Shown: positions 12,255 to 26,895, numbered from the stretch's first letter. The stretch: DNA of 64,000 nucleotides from Squalus acanthias (GCA_030390025.1 CM059432.1:32862001-32926000), one strand, 5' to 3'. Made by a program: numbers and translations. The notes: generated by a model not told the origin, from the letters alone.

Positions 12255-14580
12255 CCGAGAACAATATGTCATGGAACCAACCAGGGAGCAGGCTATTTTA
12301 AGATCTTGTATTGTGTAATGAGACAGGGTTAATTAGTAATCTCATAGTAAAGGATCCTCTGGGGAAGAGTGATCATAATATGATAAAATTTCACTTTGAG
12401 TTTGAGCATGAAATACTTCAGTCAGAAACGAGAGTCTTAAACTTAAATAAAGCCAATTACATAACGAGGGGCAAGTTAGCCAAGATAGATTGGGAAATTA
12501 GATTAAAAGGTATGACAGTAGATAAACAGCGGCAAACATTTTAAGAAATATTCCAAACTTCTCAAAGAATAAACATTCCATTGAGAAATAAAAACTCCAT
12601 GGGAAAAGTGATCCACCCGTGGCTAACTAAAGAAGCTAAGGATAGTTTTAGATTAAAAGAAGAGGCTTATAATGTTGCGAAAAATAGTAAGCCTGAAAAT
12701 TGGGAGAGCTTTAGAAACCAGCAAAGGATGACCACACAATTGATAAAATGGGAGAAAATAGAAGAGTAAACTTGCAAGAAATATAAAAACAGATTGCAAG
12801 AGCTTCTACGAGCATGTAAAAAGGAAGAGAGTAGCAAAGGTAAGCATTGGTCCCTTAGAGGCTGCAACAGGTGAAATTATAATGGGGAATATGGAAATGG
12901 CAGAGACTTTAAACAAATATTTTGTATCTGTCTTCACAGTAGAAGACACAAAAAGCATACCAAAAACAGTGGGGAACCAAGGGGCTAATAAGAGTTAGTA
13001 ACTAATATCAGTAGAGAAAAAGTACTTGAGAAACTAATGGGACTAAAAGCCAACAAATCCCCTGGCCTACATCCTAGGGTTCGAAGAGAGGTGGCTGCTG
13101 AGATAGCATTGGTTGTGATCTTCCTAAATTCCCCAGATTCTGGAACGGTCCCAGCGGATTGGAAGGTAGCAAATGTAACCCCGCTATTCAAGAAGGAGGG
13201 AGAGAGAAAACAGGGAACAACAGGCCAGTTAGCCTGACATCAGTCATTGGGAAAATGCTGGAAACCATTAAGGAAGTGGTAACAGGGCACTTAGAAATTC
13301 ATAATATGATTAGGGAGTCAACAGGGTTTTATGAAAGGGAAATCGTGTTTAAAAAATTTATTCGAGTTTTTTGAGTATGGAACTAGCAGGGTAGATAAAG
13401 GGGAACCAATGGCTGTACTATATTTGGATTTCCAAAAGGCATTCGATAAGGTGCCACATAAAAGGTTGCTACGCAAGATAAGGGCTCATGGGGTTGGGGA
13501 TAATGTATTAGCATGGATAGAGGATTGGTTAACGGACAGAAAACAGAGAGCAGGGATAAACGGGTCATTTTCTGGTTAGCAGGCTGTAACTGGTCGGGTG
13601 TCACAAAGATCAGTGCTTGGGCCTCAGCTATTTACAATCTATATTAATGGCTTAGATAAGGGACCGAGTGCAATGTATCCAAGTTTGCTGACAATACAAA
13701 GCTAGTTGGGAAAGTAAGCTGTGAGGAGGACACAAAGAACCTGCAAAGGGACATAGACAGGTTAGGTGAGTGGGCAATAAGGTGGCAGATGGAGTATAAT
13801 GTGGGGAAATGTGAGGTTGTTCACTTTGGTACGAAAAATCGAAAAACAATATTTTTTAAATGGTAAGAAACTATTAAATATTGGTGTTCAGAGAGATTTA
13901 GATGTCCTCGTACAGGAAACACAGAAAGTTAGCATGCAGTTACAGCAAGCAATTAGGAAGGCAAATGGCATGTTGGCCTTTATTGCAAGGGGGTTGGAGT
14001 ACGAGTGAGGAAGTCTTACTACAATTGTACAGGGCTTTGGTGAGACCACACTTGGAGTACTGTGCACAGTTTTGGTCTCCTTATCGGAGAAAGGACAGAC
14101 ATGCCTTAGAGACGATGCAACAAAGGTTCACTAGGTTGATCCCTGGAATGAGAGGGTTGTCCTATGAGAAGAGATTGAATAGATTGGGTCAACAACTCTC
14201 TGGAGTTTAGAAGATGAGAGGTGATCTCATTGAAACATACAAGATTCTGAGGAGGAGTGACAGGGTAGATGCTGAGAGGTTGTTTCCCCTGGCTGGAGAG
14301 TCTAGAACTAGGGAGCTTAGGATAAGGGGTCGGCCATTTAAGACCGAGATGAGGAGGAATTTGTTCACTCAGGGTTGTGAATCTTTGGAATTCTCTACCC
14401 CAATGGGCTGTGGCTGCTGAGTCAGAGTATATTCAAGGCTGAGATAGATAGATTTTTGGACTCATTGGGAATCAAGGGATATGGGGATCAGGCGGGAAAG
14501 TGGAGTTGAGGTCGAAGATCGGCCATGATCTTATTGAATGGTGGAGCAGGCTCAAAGGGCCGTAATGGCCTACTTCTTAT
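12255..14580 (+). mobile_element. CR1 LINE ORF2, 5'-truncated and decayed
   Basis: PLGKSDHN, KSPGxHPR, YLDFQKAFDKVPH, LVRPHLEYC and CR1 3' UTR. Confidence 0.9.
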
Positions 14581-14996
14581 ATAGAATGTTAAGTCTTATC
14601 CATTTCAGTCTAAGCACCCTTTTAACGGCACGGTAAGTGTTAATTATTACCAGGCAACATCTCTGGTACTGAAATTTAACTATTACAAGTGTGGAGTCTC
14701 ATTCCTTCATGTTTTAATTATTGTTGGAGATTTAAAAAATGTAAAATGTTAAATTAAAATTCTCAACATTTTCTTTGTCCTTTTTCCCTCCCTTTATTTC
14801 TCTTTCTGTACCTGATTTGACATTACATTTACCCACTCTAATTTCCACTTCCTTATCGCTGTTCATTTCACAATCCTTCAATCTGATTGGTTAAGGAGAT
14901 ACACAGTTGATTTCCCTGTTCACTCAGGTTCCAGATGCCTTGTTTCCCTTACTGTGACATTATCAGCTCGCACTTTCAGCAACTTGCCACGCAAAA

Positions 14997-15424
14997 AATT
15001 AAAAAAACCTAAACCTCCCACAAACAGCAATGCAATAATGACCAGATAATCTGTTCTTGTGATGTTGGTTGAGGGATAAATATTGGCCAGGACACCGTGG
15101 AGAACTCCTCTGCTCTTCTTCGAAGTAATGCCATGGAATCTTTTACATCCAGCCAAGAGGTTAGACGGGGCCTTGGTTTAACATCTCACCCGAAAGAGGG
15201 TACCTCTAACAGTGCAGCACTCCCTCAGCACTGCACTGGAGTGTCATCCTAGAATTTGTGCTCAAGTCTCTGGAGTGGAGCTTGAACCACAATCTTCTGA
15301 CTCCGAGGCGATAGTGCCATCAATGAGCCATAGCTAACTACCATGTAGTATTTGTAGTAGATGTAGAAGTTCTTTTCCGAATGGCCTCCGTCTGTGCCGT
15401 AAACATCTATGATATGTAGACGGG
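14997..15424 (-). repeat. Copy 2 of the ~430-bp inverted duplication
   Basis: Reverse complement of 8862-9290. Confidence 0.9.
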
Positions 15425-15684
15425 TGTCTGTAAAATCAGAAAATGATTCTCCAACAGCGAGAAAGGTTACAGAAGTTAAGATTGTACAGCTGTACTTGCC
15501 AGATACAAGAGTGTCACTAGACGTACAAGTTTTCCTGAGATGAAGGGAAGCGACATTTAAGCCAGCTAATCCATATATAGCTTCCAGCACAGAAGGTGAA
15601 TTTATCCAGGTGCAGAGGATTCAGGAAAAAGGGATAACACCTTTACAGACGGAGATTCATCAGTCTGACGTCTCAGAATAATTT

Positions 15685-16935
15685 TTTTTTTAAATTCGTT
15701 TATGGGATGTGGGCAACGCTGGCAAGGCCAGCATTTATTTCCCATTCCTAGTTGCCCTTGAGAAGGTGGTGGTGAGCCACCTTCTTGAACCGCTGCAGTC
15801 GTGTGGTGAAGGTACTCCCACAGTGCTGTTAGGTAGGGAGCTCCAGGATTTTGACCCAGCGATGATGAAGGATCGGCGATATACTTCTTAGTCAGGATGG
15901 TGTGTGACTTGGAGGGGAACTTGGAGGTGGTGGTGTTCCCATGCGCCTGCTGCCCTTGTCCTTCTAGGTGGAAGAGGACACGGATTTGGGTGGTGCTGCC
16001 GAAGAAGCCTTGGCGAGTTGCTGCAGTGCATCTTGTAGATGGTACACACGGCAGCCACGGTACACCAGTGGTGGAGGGAGTGAATGTATAAGGTGGTGGA
16101 TGGGGTGCCAATCAAGCGGGCTGCTTTGTCCTGGATGGTGTCGAGCTTCTTGAGTGTTATTGGAGCTGCACTCGTCCAGGCAAGTGGAGAGTATTCCATC
16201 ACACTCCTTACTTGCGCCTTGTAGATGGTTGAAAGGCTTTGGGGAGTCAGGAGGTGAGACACTCACCGCAGAATACCTAGCCTCTAACCTTCTCTTGTTG
16301 CCACAGTATTTATGTGGTTCGTCCAGTTAAGTTTCTGGTCAATGGTGACCCCCCAGAATGTTGATGGTGGGGGATTCGGCGATGGTAACGCCATTGAATG
16401 TCAAGGGGCGGTGGTTAGACTCTCGCTTGTTGGAGATAGTCATTGCCTGGCACTTGTGTGGCGAGAATGTTACCTGTCCACTTATCAGCCCAAGCCTGAA
16501 CGTCATCCAGGTCTTGTTGCATGCGGGAATGGACTGCTTCATTATCTGAGGAGTTGTGAATGGTGCTGAACACTGTGCAGTCATCAGCGAACATCCCCAT
16601 TTATGACTTTATGTTGGAGGGAAGGTCATTGATGAAGCAGCTGAAGATGGTTGGGCCTAGGACACTGCCCTGAGGAACACCTGTAGCGATGTCCTGGGGC
16701 TGTGATGATTGACCTTCAACCACCACAACCATCTTCCTTTGTGCTAGGTATGACTCCAGCCAGTGGAGAGTTTTCCCCCCGATTCCCATTGACTTCAGTT
16801 TTAGTAGGGCTCCTTGATGCCACACTCGTTCAAATGCTGCCTTGATGTCAAGGGCAGTCACTCTCACCTCACCTCTGGAATTCAGCTCCTTTGTCCATGT
16901 TTGGACAAAGGCTGTAATGAGGTCGGGAGCCGAGT
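15685..16935 (-). mobile_element. CR1-group LINE (family B) 3' portion
   Basis: ALDIKAAF, GVPQGSVLGP, MFADD; A-rich tail. Confidence 0.9.
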
Positions 16936-16939
16936 GGAA

Positions 16940-17935
16940 TCATAGAATGGTTACAGGACAGGCGGCCATTCGTCCCGTGCCGGCTCTCTGCAAGAGCACT
17001 TCAGCTAGTCCCACACCCCCGCCCTTTTCCCATAGCCCTGCAAATTTTTTCCTTCACGTACTTACTCACTGAGTAAAAAGGTTTTTCCTCATGTCGCCTT
17101 TGTTTTTTTTGCCAATCACCTTAAATCTCAACCCTTCTGCCAATGGGAACAGTTTCGCTCCATCGACTTTGTCTAGACCCGTCATGATTTTGACCACCTC
17201 TATCAAATCTCCTCTCAACCTTCTCTAATCTAAGGAGAACAACCCCAGCTTCTCCAGTCTATCCACATAACTGAAATCCCTCATCCCTGGAACCATTCTC
17301 GTGAATCTTTTCTGCACCCTCTCTAAGGCCTTCACATCCTTCCTAATGTGCGGTGCCCAGAATTGGACACAATTGTCCAGTTATGGCCGAACCAGTGTTT
17401 TATAAAGGTTCATCATAATTTCCTTGCTTTTGTACTCTATGCCTCTATTTATGAAGCCCAGGATCCCATATGCTTTTTTAACCGCTTTCCCAACCTGCCC
17501 TGCTACCTTCAACGATATACCCCCAGGTCTCTCTGTTCATGCACCCCCTGTAGGATTGTACCCTTTAGTTTATATTGCCTCTCCTCGTTCTTCCTACCTT
17601 AAATGTATCACTTTGCACTTTTCTGCGTTAAATTTCATCTGCCATGTTGCCGCCCATTCCACCAGCCTGTCTATGTCTTCTTGACGTCTATCACTATCCT
17701 CCTCACTGTTCACTATACTTCCAACTTTTGTGCCATCTGCAAATTTTGAAATTGTGCCCTGTACACCCAAGTCCAAGTCATTAATATATATCAAGAAAAG
17801 CAGTGGTCCTGGTACCGACCCCTGGGGAACACCACTGTATCCCTTCCTCCAGTCTGAAAAACAACCATTCACCACTACTCTCTGTTTCCTGTCACTTAGC
17901 CAATTTCGTATCTATGCTGCCACTGTCCCTACTAT
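16940..17935 (-). mobile_element. CR1 LINE 3' fragment
   Basis: SGVPQGSVxGPLLFLIYINDL...KFAD. Confidence 0.85.
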
Positions 17936-17944
17936 TTCATATAG

Positions 17945-20900
17945 ATTGGGATAAGTAGATTATCACGTCAGAAAGGTAGTAAATTTCTTGAGTGTGTCCG
18001 GGATAGTTTTCTGCAACAATATGTCCTAGAACCAACAAGGGGGCAAGCCATATTAGATTTAGTAATGAGTAACGAACCGGATTTAGTTAACAGCCTAATG
18101 GTGTGTGAAAATTTATCTAATAGCGATCATACATAACATGATCGAGTTCAACGTAGTGTTTGAAAGGGAGAAACACGAAACAGCTACTAAGATTCTAGAT
18201 TTAAGTAAGGCCGACTTCAATGGGATGAAACAGAGACTGTCCACAGTAAACTAGGCAGATGTGTTAATGGGTAAAATGACAGATCATCAGTGGGAGGTGT
18301 TCAAAAAAGAACTTAAGGTGATACAGAACCAGTTTATACCCGAGCGGCAAGAGCTACAACAGCCATGGACGACGAAAGAGGTAAGAGACAACATAAAACT
18401 AAAAGAAAAAGCATACAAAAATGCAAAAAATAGCAGAGATCCTGGCGAGTGGGAAAGATACAAAGAACAACAAAGGGTGACAAAATAGATAGTAAGAGCT
18501 ACAAAAAGGGATATCAAAATCAACAAAAAAAATTACAATTATATTAGGAAAAAGAGGGTGGTCAGGAGCAACGTTGGCCCCTTGAAAACTGATATCGGTG
18601 ATATTGTCAATGATAATAAAGAAATGGCGGACATGTTGAATAATGACTTTGCGTCAACATTTACAGTAGAGGAAGAGGATAGCATGCTGGACATCCCAAG
18701 GAAACGAATACTGAGTCAGGGTCAGGGACTCAACATAATTAACATAAGCAAAATAATAGTAATGAAGAAATTAATGGCACTAAAGAGTGACAAATCCCCA
18801 GGACAAGATGGTTTCCATCCCAGGGTTTCAAGGAAGTAGGTGAGCACATTGCAGATGCCCTAACTATAATCTTCCAAAGTTCTCTCGATTCAGGAACCGT
18901 TCCTTTAGATTGGAAAATTGCACATGTCACTCCACTATTTAAGAATGGCGAGAGAGGGAAACCAGGGAATTATAGACCAGTTAGCCCAACATCTGTTGTC
19001 GGGAAATTACTAGAGTCTATAATTAAGGATAGGGTGACTGAACACCTTGAAAATTTTCAGCCAACATGGATTTGTAAAGGGTAGGTCATGCCTGATGAAC
19101 CTGATTGAATTTTTTGAAGAGGTGACTGAAGTAGCAGACAGGGGAATGTCTGTGGATGTTATTTATATGGACTTCCAGAAGGCATTTGATAAAGTCCCTA
19201 ATAAGAGACGGTTAACTAAAGTTAAAACCCATGGAACTGAAGGCAAATTATTGACCTGGTTAGGAAATTGGCTGAGCGGCAGGAGACAGAGAGTAGGGAT
19301 AATGGGCAGGTACTCTAATTGGCAGGATGTGGCTAGTGGTGTCGCGCAGGGATCTGTGTTGGGGCCTCACCTATTCACTGTAATTATTATCGACTTAGAT
19401 GATGGGATAGAAAGCCACATATTCAAAGTTGCCGACGACACAAAATAGGCGGCAGTGTAGGCCGTGTGGATGAAAGTATAAATTACAAAAGGATATTGAT
19501 CGATTAAGTGAATGGACAAAACTGTGGCAAATGGATTTCAATGTAGGTAAATGTGAGGTCATCCACTTTGGACCTAAAATGAAAGAACAGGGTACTTTTT
19601 AAATGATGAAAAGCTAAAAACAGTGGCGGTCCAAAGAGACTTGGGCGTCCAGGTACATGGATCATTAAAATAAGAACATAAGAAATAGGAGCAGGAGTAG
19701 ACCATTCGGCCCTTCGAGCCTGCTCTGCCATTCAATGAGATCATGGCTGATCTTCCGCCTCAACTCCATTCACCGGCCCTATCACCATATCCCTTGATGC
19801 CCTTACTAGTCAGAAATCTATCGACTTCTGTTTTGAATATACCCAATGACAAGCCTCCACAGCCCTCTGGGGTAGAGAATTCCAAAGATTCACCACCCTC
19901 TGTGTGAAGAAATTTCTTCTCATCTCAGTCCTGAATGGCCTACCCTTTATCCTGAGACTGTGGCCCCTGGTTCTGGACTCCCCAGCCAAGGGACACATTC
20001 TCCCAGCATCCATCCTATCAAGCCCTGTAATAATTTTGTATGCTTCAATGAAATCCCCTCTCATTCTTCTGAATTCAAGAGAATACAGGCCTAGTTTACT
20101 CAATCTCTTCTCATACGACAGTCCCGCCATCCCAGGAATCAATTTTGTGAACCTTCGTTGCACTCCCTCTATGGCAAGTATATCCTTCCTTAGGTAAGGA
20201 GACCAAAATTGTACACAGTACTCCAGGTGTGGTCTCACCAAGGCCCTATATAATTGGAGTAAGACTCCTGTACTCTCATCCTCTTGTAATGAAGGCCAGC
20301 ATACCATTTGCCTTCCTACTGGCTTGCTGCACCTGCACATTCACTTTCAGTGACTCATGTACAAGGACACCTAGGTCCCTTTGAGCATCTGCATTCCCCA
20401 ATCTTTCACCATTTAGGAAATACTCTGCCTTTCTGTTTTTTCTACAAAAGTGGATAACTTCACATTTATCCACATTATATTCCATCTGCCATGTTCTCAC
20501 CCACAGCCTGTCGAGATCCCCTTGAAGCCTCTTCACATCCTCTTCGCAACTGACACTGCCACCTAGCTTTGTATCATCAGCAAATTTGGAAATGTTCCAT
20601 TTAGTCCTCTCATCCAAATCATTGATATAGATTGTGAACAGCTGGGGTCCAAGCACCAATCCTTGTGGTACCCCACTAGTCACAGCCTGCCATCCTGAAA
20701 AAGACCCGTTTATCCCTACTCTTTGTTTTCCGTCTGTTAACCAATTCTCAATCCATGCTAGTATATTACCCCCAATTCCATGTGCCCCAATTTTGTTCAC
20801 CAACCTCTTGTGTGGGACCTTATCGAAGGCCTTCTGAAAATCCAGATACACCACATCTACCGGTTCCCCTTTGTCTACTCCACTAGTTACATCCTCAAAG

Positions 20901-23345
20901 AACTCCAATAGGTTTGTCAAACAGGATTTCCCTTTCATAAATCCATGTTGACTCTGCCCAATCTTACTATGAGTTTCTAAGTGCCCAGTTATTGCATCCT
21001 TTATAATAGATTCCAGCATTTTCCCAACTACTGATGTGAGGCTAACAGGTCTGTAGTTCCCCGTTTTCTCTCTCCCTCCTTTCTTAAATAATGGGGTTAC
21101 ATTTGCTATCCTCCAATCTGTAGGAACCGTTCCAAAATTCTATAGATTCTGGAAGATGACAACCAATGCGTCCACTATCCCAATGGCCACTTCTTTCAAA
21201 ACCCTAGGATGTAGGTCATCCGGTCCTTGGGATTTATTGACTTTTAGTCCCATTAATTTTGCCAGTACTGTTTTTTTTACTAATAATTTCTTTAAGTTTC
21301 TCATTCTCGCCACACCCTTCGTTTTCTCGTATTTCTGGGAGGTTTTTTTGTGTCTTCCTCCGTGAAGACAGAAACAAAGTATTTATTTAATTTCTCCGCC
21401 ATTTCCTCATTCCTCATTATAAATTCTCCCGTCTCTGACTGTAAAGGACCTACATTTACCTTCGCCAGTCTTTTCCTTTTCACATACCTATAGATGCTTT
21501 TACAATCCATTTTTATATTTTTCGCCAGTGTGTGCTCATATTCCATTTTCCCTTTCTTTATCAATTTCTTGGTCCCCCTTTGCTGATTTCTAAAAAGATT
21601 CCAATCCTCAGGCTGACCGCTTTTTCTGGCAACTTTATAAGCTTCCTCCTTTGACTTAATTTATTTTGTTAGCCATGGCTGGATCACTTTTCCTTTTGGG
21701 TTTTTATGCCCTAGAGGAATATATGTTTGTTGCAAATTATGCATTATTTCCTTGAATGTTAGCCATTGTATGTCCACCTTCATACCTTTTAGTGTAGTCT
21801 CCTAATCTACCATGGCCAACTTGTCCCTCATACCCTTGTAGTTTCCTCTGTTTAGATTGAAGACCTTAGTTTCAGATTGGACTACATCACTCTCAAACTT
21901 AATGTAAAATTCAATCCTATTATGGTCACGTGTCCCTAAAGGCCCCTTTACCACAAGATTATTGATTAGCCCTTTCTCATTACACAGTATCAGATCCAGA
22001 ATAGCCTGTTCCTCCACATACTAATCCAGGAAACCATCTCGCATGCATTCCAAGAATTCGTCCTCCATACCATTCGTGGTAATTTGATTTGCCCAGTCAA
22101 TATGTAGATTAAAGTCCCCCATGATTACTGTATTGCCCTTGTTACATGCACTTCTAATTTCTTGATTGATACTGTGCCCTACATTACCACTACTATTTGG
22201 TGGCCTATACACAACTCCCACCAATGTTTTCCTCCCTTTGCTGTTTCTTAGCTCCACCCAAACTGATTCCAGTTCTACATCACGATCTGCCGAGCCAAGA
22301 TCTTTTATCTCTACTGTACCGATCTCATCCCTTATTAACAGCGCTACGCCACCTCCTTTTCCTTTTTGTCTGTCCTTCCTAAATGTTGAGTACCCTGGAA
22401 CATTCAGTTCCCAGCTTTGGTTACCCTACAACCATGTCTCTGTAATGGCATTTACATCATACCCATTTACTTCTATTTGTGCCATTAATTCATCCACCTT
22501 GTTGCGAATGCTACGTGCATTTAGATAAAGTGCCTTCAACTTTGCCTGTTCAATATTTTTCTGCACTTTGACCCTCTTTACTGTTGGCCTTTGTTTCTGC
22601 TCCCTACGAGTTTTGCTGACTACTTTTCTAACTTGCACTTCCAGCTTTGTTTCTCTCCGTTCTGGGCCCACACTTAGGTCATGAACAGGAACAGAAAATA
22701 ATCAAAAAGGCTAATGGAATGCTGGCCTTTATATCTAGAGGACTAGAATGCAAGGGGATAGAAGTTATGCTACAGCTATACAAAGCTCTGGTTAGAACAC
22801 ACCTGGAGTACTGTGAGCAGTTCTGGGCACCACACTTTAGGAAGGATATATTAGCCTTGGAGGGAGTGTAGCGTAGGTTAACCAGAAATATATCCAGACT
22901 CCAAGGGTTAAAATACAAGGAGAGATTACACAAACTAGGGTTGTATTGCTTAGTATTTAAAAGGTTAAGGGGTGATTTGATCAAAGTTTTCAATATATTA
23001 AGGGGAACAGATAGGGTAGATGGAGAGAAACAATTTCCACTAGTTGGGGAGTTTAAAACTAGGGGGCATAGTCTAAAAATTAGAGCCAAACCTTTCAGGA
23101 GTGAAATTAGAAAACACTTCTGCACACGAAGGGTGTTAGAAGTTTGGAACTTTCTTCTACAAATGGCAATTAATGCTAGATCAATTGTTCATTTTGAATC
23201 TGAGATTGATAGATTTTTGTTAACCAAAGGTATTAATGGATATTGGGCGAAGGCGGGTATATGGAGTTAGATCGCAGATCAGCCATGGTCTCAATGAATG
23301 GCAGAACAGGCTCAAGGAGCTAAATGGCCTACTCATGTTCCAATG
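17945..23345 (+). mobile_element. CR1 LINE ORF2 (17945-19670, resuming ~22677-23345) split by a nested antisense CR1
   Basis: RT motifs QHGFVKGRSCL and YMDFQKAFDKVP. Coding sequence breaks at GATCATTAAAA and resumes at GTCATGAACAGG. Confidence 0.85.
19671..22670 (-). mobile_element. CR1 LINE, nearly full ORF2 (APE endonuclease + RT), decayed, nested
   Basis: YLNARSIRNK..ITETWL, GVVYRPP, MGDFN, LDFQKAFDKVPH, KFADD; (TTCTTATG) tail. Confidence 0.92.
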
Positions 23346-23524
23346 CATATAGAGTAATCTATTCATTACACTGGCTATCTAATGCCGTTAACTTGTCAAC
23401 TATCGAAGGAGCCTAATCTCACAAATTTATATCTCAACTGTAAGTTTATCAGCAGTTAACAGCTGAATTCCTGTGACATAACTGAACTGCCTTTGTAACC
23501 TCTTATTTCATCACTAACCCAATG

Positions 23525-24710
23525 AGTTGAGGTGAGAGTGACTGCCCTTGACATCAAGGCAGCATTTGACCGAGTGTGGTATCAAGGAGCCCTACTAAAA
23601 CTGAAGTCAATAGGAATCGGGGGGGAAATCTCTCCACTGGCTGGAGTCATACCTAGCACAAAGGAAGATGGTTGTGGTGGTTGAAGGTCAATCATCACAG
23701 CCCCAGGACATCACTGCAGGAGTTCCTCAGGGCAGTGTCCTAGGCCCAACCATCTTCAGCTGCTTCATCAATGACCTTCCCTCCATTATAAGGCCAGGAG
23801 TGGGGATGTTCGCTGATGACTGCACAGTGTTCAGTGCCATTCACAACTCCTCAGATAATGAAGCAGTCCATGACCGTATGCAACAAGACCTGGATGACGT
23901 TCAGGCTTGGGATGATAAGTGGCAGGTAACATTCACGCCACAGAAGTGCCGGGCAATGACTATCTCCAACAAGCGAGAGTCTAACCACCACCCCTTGACA
24001 TTCAACGGCATTACCATCGCTGAATCCCCCACCATCAACATTCTGGGGGGTCACCATTGACCAGAAACTTAACTGGACTAGCCACATAAATACTGTGGCA
24101 ACAAGAGCAGGTCAGAGGCTAGGTATTCTGAGGCAAGTGTCTCACCTCCTGACTCCCCAAAGCCTTTCCACCATCGACAAGGCACAAGTAAGGAGTGTGA
24201 TAGAATATTCTCCACTTGCCTGGACGAGTGCAGCTCCAATAACACTCAAGAAGCTCGACACCATCCAGGACAAAGCAGCCCGCTTGATTGGCACCCCATC
24301 CACCACCTTAAACATTCACTCCCTCCACCACTGGCGTACCGTGGCAGCAGTGTGTACCATCTACAAGATGCACTGCAGCAACTCGCCAAGGCTTCTTCGG
24401 CAGCACCTCCAAAATCCGCGACCTCTTCCACCTAGAAGGACAAGGCCAGCAGGCGCATGGGAACACCACCACCTCCAAGTTCCCCTCCAAGTCACACACC
24501 ATCCTGACTTAGAAGTATATCGCCGATCCTTCATCGTCGCCGGGTCAAAATCCTGGAACTCCCTAACAGCACTGTGGGAGTACCTTCACCACACGGACTG
24601 CAGCGGTTCAAGAAGGCAGTTCACCACCACCTTCTCAAGGGCAATTAGGGATGGGCAATAAATGCTGGCCTTGCCAGCAATGCCCACATCCCATAAACGA
24701 ATTAAAAAAA
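23525..24710 (+). mobile_element. CR1-group LINE (family B) 3' portion
   Basis: GVPQGSVLGP, MFADD; A-tail at 24703-24710. Confidence 0.9.
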
Positions 24711-25315
24711 TCTACTAATTAGTTGTATACTCAAAATTTAAGCTTAAGTGCTACGAACTATGATTCTGAAGGCTAATAAATTGTTAGTTCATGACTTTGT
24801 TTGACCTTTGATAATTGGGAAGAAAGGGTTAATTTACTCAGCAGCTTGTGTGGATCCTAATGGGAGGTTGGTAGTGTAAATACTAATATAATCCAAATTG
24901 GTTGATCCAAGATAGTTTAGCAAGCCAAATGTAGGCATTATTCACTCCTAGGCATAAACTGTGTGGTGAACTCCAGATGGTTCCTTGATGAGGAGTCAAA
25001 GTGAAGGGTTAACAAATTATTTGAAGCCCGGATGGATATTCTGGTCAGGCTAGCCCCTAAAAGTTATAGACCTCTTTTCCCACTTAACCTCTGATACCGC
25101 TCCACAGCCCAGTCTGTCAAACATCTATCCATCACAACACAACGCATCACAGGCTTGTGGCATCAATTCAAACACAGTGTTCAAGTTGCATCTTCACTGA
25201 AGAAAACTGCATGGCCTGAAACAAGTTGTGCAATGCACACAGTCCTGCAGGTTAAACTGCAGCAGTCCAACACAAGCAGCTCAATGCTGCCCCCAAAGAA
25301 AGCAACGCCACTCAC

Positions 25316-25394
25316 CTTTGAGATAAAAAGAAAGGAAGTGATGTACAAGGAAACTGCCATCTGTCTGCTTGTCACATAGAAGCACACCTTTTCC
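25316..25394 (-). CDS. ELP6: ELP6 coding exon 2 (GKGVLLCDKQTDGSFLVHHFLSFYLK)
   Basis: aaacag|GGA...AAAG|gtgag, 79 nt. TDGSFLVHHFLSFYLK is a characteristic ELP6 motif. Phase fits exons 1 and 3. Confidence 0.96.
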
Positions 25395-25884
25395 CTGTTT
25401 TGAAAAGAAAAAAAGAAAATTTTGTCGTGGGCAAGACCTTTGCTCATTTATTTTCTTCCTTTGCACAATCTCCCTGCAATATTTCACCATTGCAGGGGAG
25501 TTGATCCCAAAGTGTCACTAAGAAAGTGAGCGGGGACGTTTCTTGATGCAAAGTTGTTAAGTATATGGCATGCTTTTCCACATCGTAACACAAAGAACAG
25601 GAGTAGGCCATTCAGTACCTCAGGCATGCTCCCGGAGGTGTGGTGCCCAAAACGGAACGCCGTACTCCAGGTGGGGTCTGATCAAGGCTTTGTGTAACTG
25701 AAGCACAATTTCCTCCCCTTTTGGATTGCTGTAGCAAAAGCCGTCACAGACATAATGGGTCGAATGGCCTCCTCCTGTGCTGTACACGTCTATTGTTCTA
25801 TCTCCAGTGTGGCTTACTGTCAGGCCTACGCAGATGCTGATTTTCAGCCAAGCCTTCTGATGAGTCAGCCAGATTATCCCATGA

Positions 25885-26330
25885 GTAACTTGAAAGGATG
25901 AACAGGCTGGGTCTCTTTTCTCTTGAAAAGAGAAGGCTGAGGGGTGACCTAATGGATGTCTTTAAAATTATGAAAGGTTTTGATAGAGTGGATACAAAGA
26001 GAATGTTTCCACTTATGGGGAAGAGCAAAACTAGAGGCCATCAATATAAGATAGTCACCAAGAAATCCAATAGGGAATCGAGAAGAAACTTCTTTACCCA
26101 AAGAGTAGAGGGGATGTGGAACTCGCTACCACAGGGAGTAGTTGAGGCGAATAGTATAGATGCTTTTAAGGGGAGGCTCGATGAGCAGGAGGGAGAAGGG
26201 AATAGAGGGTTATGCTGAGAGAGTTAGATGAGGAAGGATAGGAGGAGGCTCGAATGGAGCATAAACTCCGGCATGAACTGGTTGGACCGAATGGCCTGTT
26301 TCTGTGCTGTAAATTTTATGTAGTTCTATT
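25885..26330 (+). mobile_element. CR1 LINE 3' end
   Basis: RLGLFSLEKRRLRGDL...RNFFTQRV..WNSLP. Confidence 0.88.
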
Positions 26331-26477
26331 TAACTGAGCCGCACAGACCAGAAAGGTCATGGGTTTGATAACCATATGTGCAGAGTTTGAGCATCGGCCT
26401 GGACTGCAATCACAGAGGTACAGCACACTTCTGGGTTGAGGAGCAGCATTAAAAAAAGACATTATTCCCTCCTGGTG

Positions 26478-26895
26478 GTGTCAGCCATGGCTCAGTTGCA
26501 GCACTTTTGCCTCAAAGTCTAAATGTTGTGAGTTCAAATCCCACGCCAGAGACTTGAACACAGAATCTAGGCTGACGCTTCAGTGCAGTACTGAGGGAGT
26601 GCTGCCTCTGCCCTCTCAGGTAGGCCTAATAGATTCCAAACCACTATTTCGAAGAAGAGCAGGAGGAGTTCTCCCCTGTATCCTGGCCAATATTTATCCT
26701 CCAATGTTTCAGATTATCTGGTTACTATCACATTGCTGTTTGAGAGACCTTTCCATGCGCAAATAGGCTGTCGCATTTCCCTATATTTCAACAGTGATTA
26801 CACTTCAAAAAAAAGTACTTCAATGGCTGTAAAGTGCTTGAACATCTTGAGGCAGTGAAAGGCGCTATTGTAAATACAAGTCTTTCTTTTTTTTC
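26478..26895 (+). mobile_element. tRNA-head SINE, DeuSINE-like
   Basis: TGGCTCAGTTG A-box, GTTCAAATCC B-box, L2-like tail. Confidence 0.75.

Noticed and set aside
19810..21019. Functional reverse transcriptase gene
   Set aside because: CR1 ORF2 is broken by frameshifts and stops; the same holds for all RT ORFs in the window.
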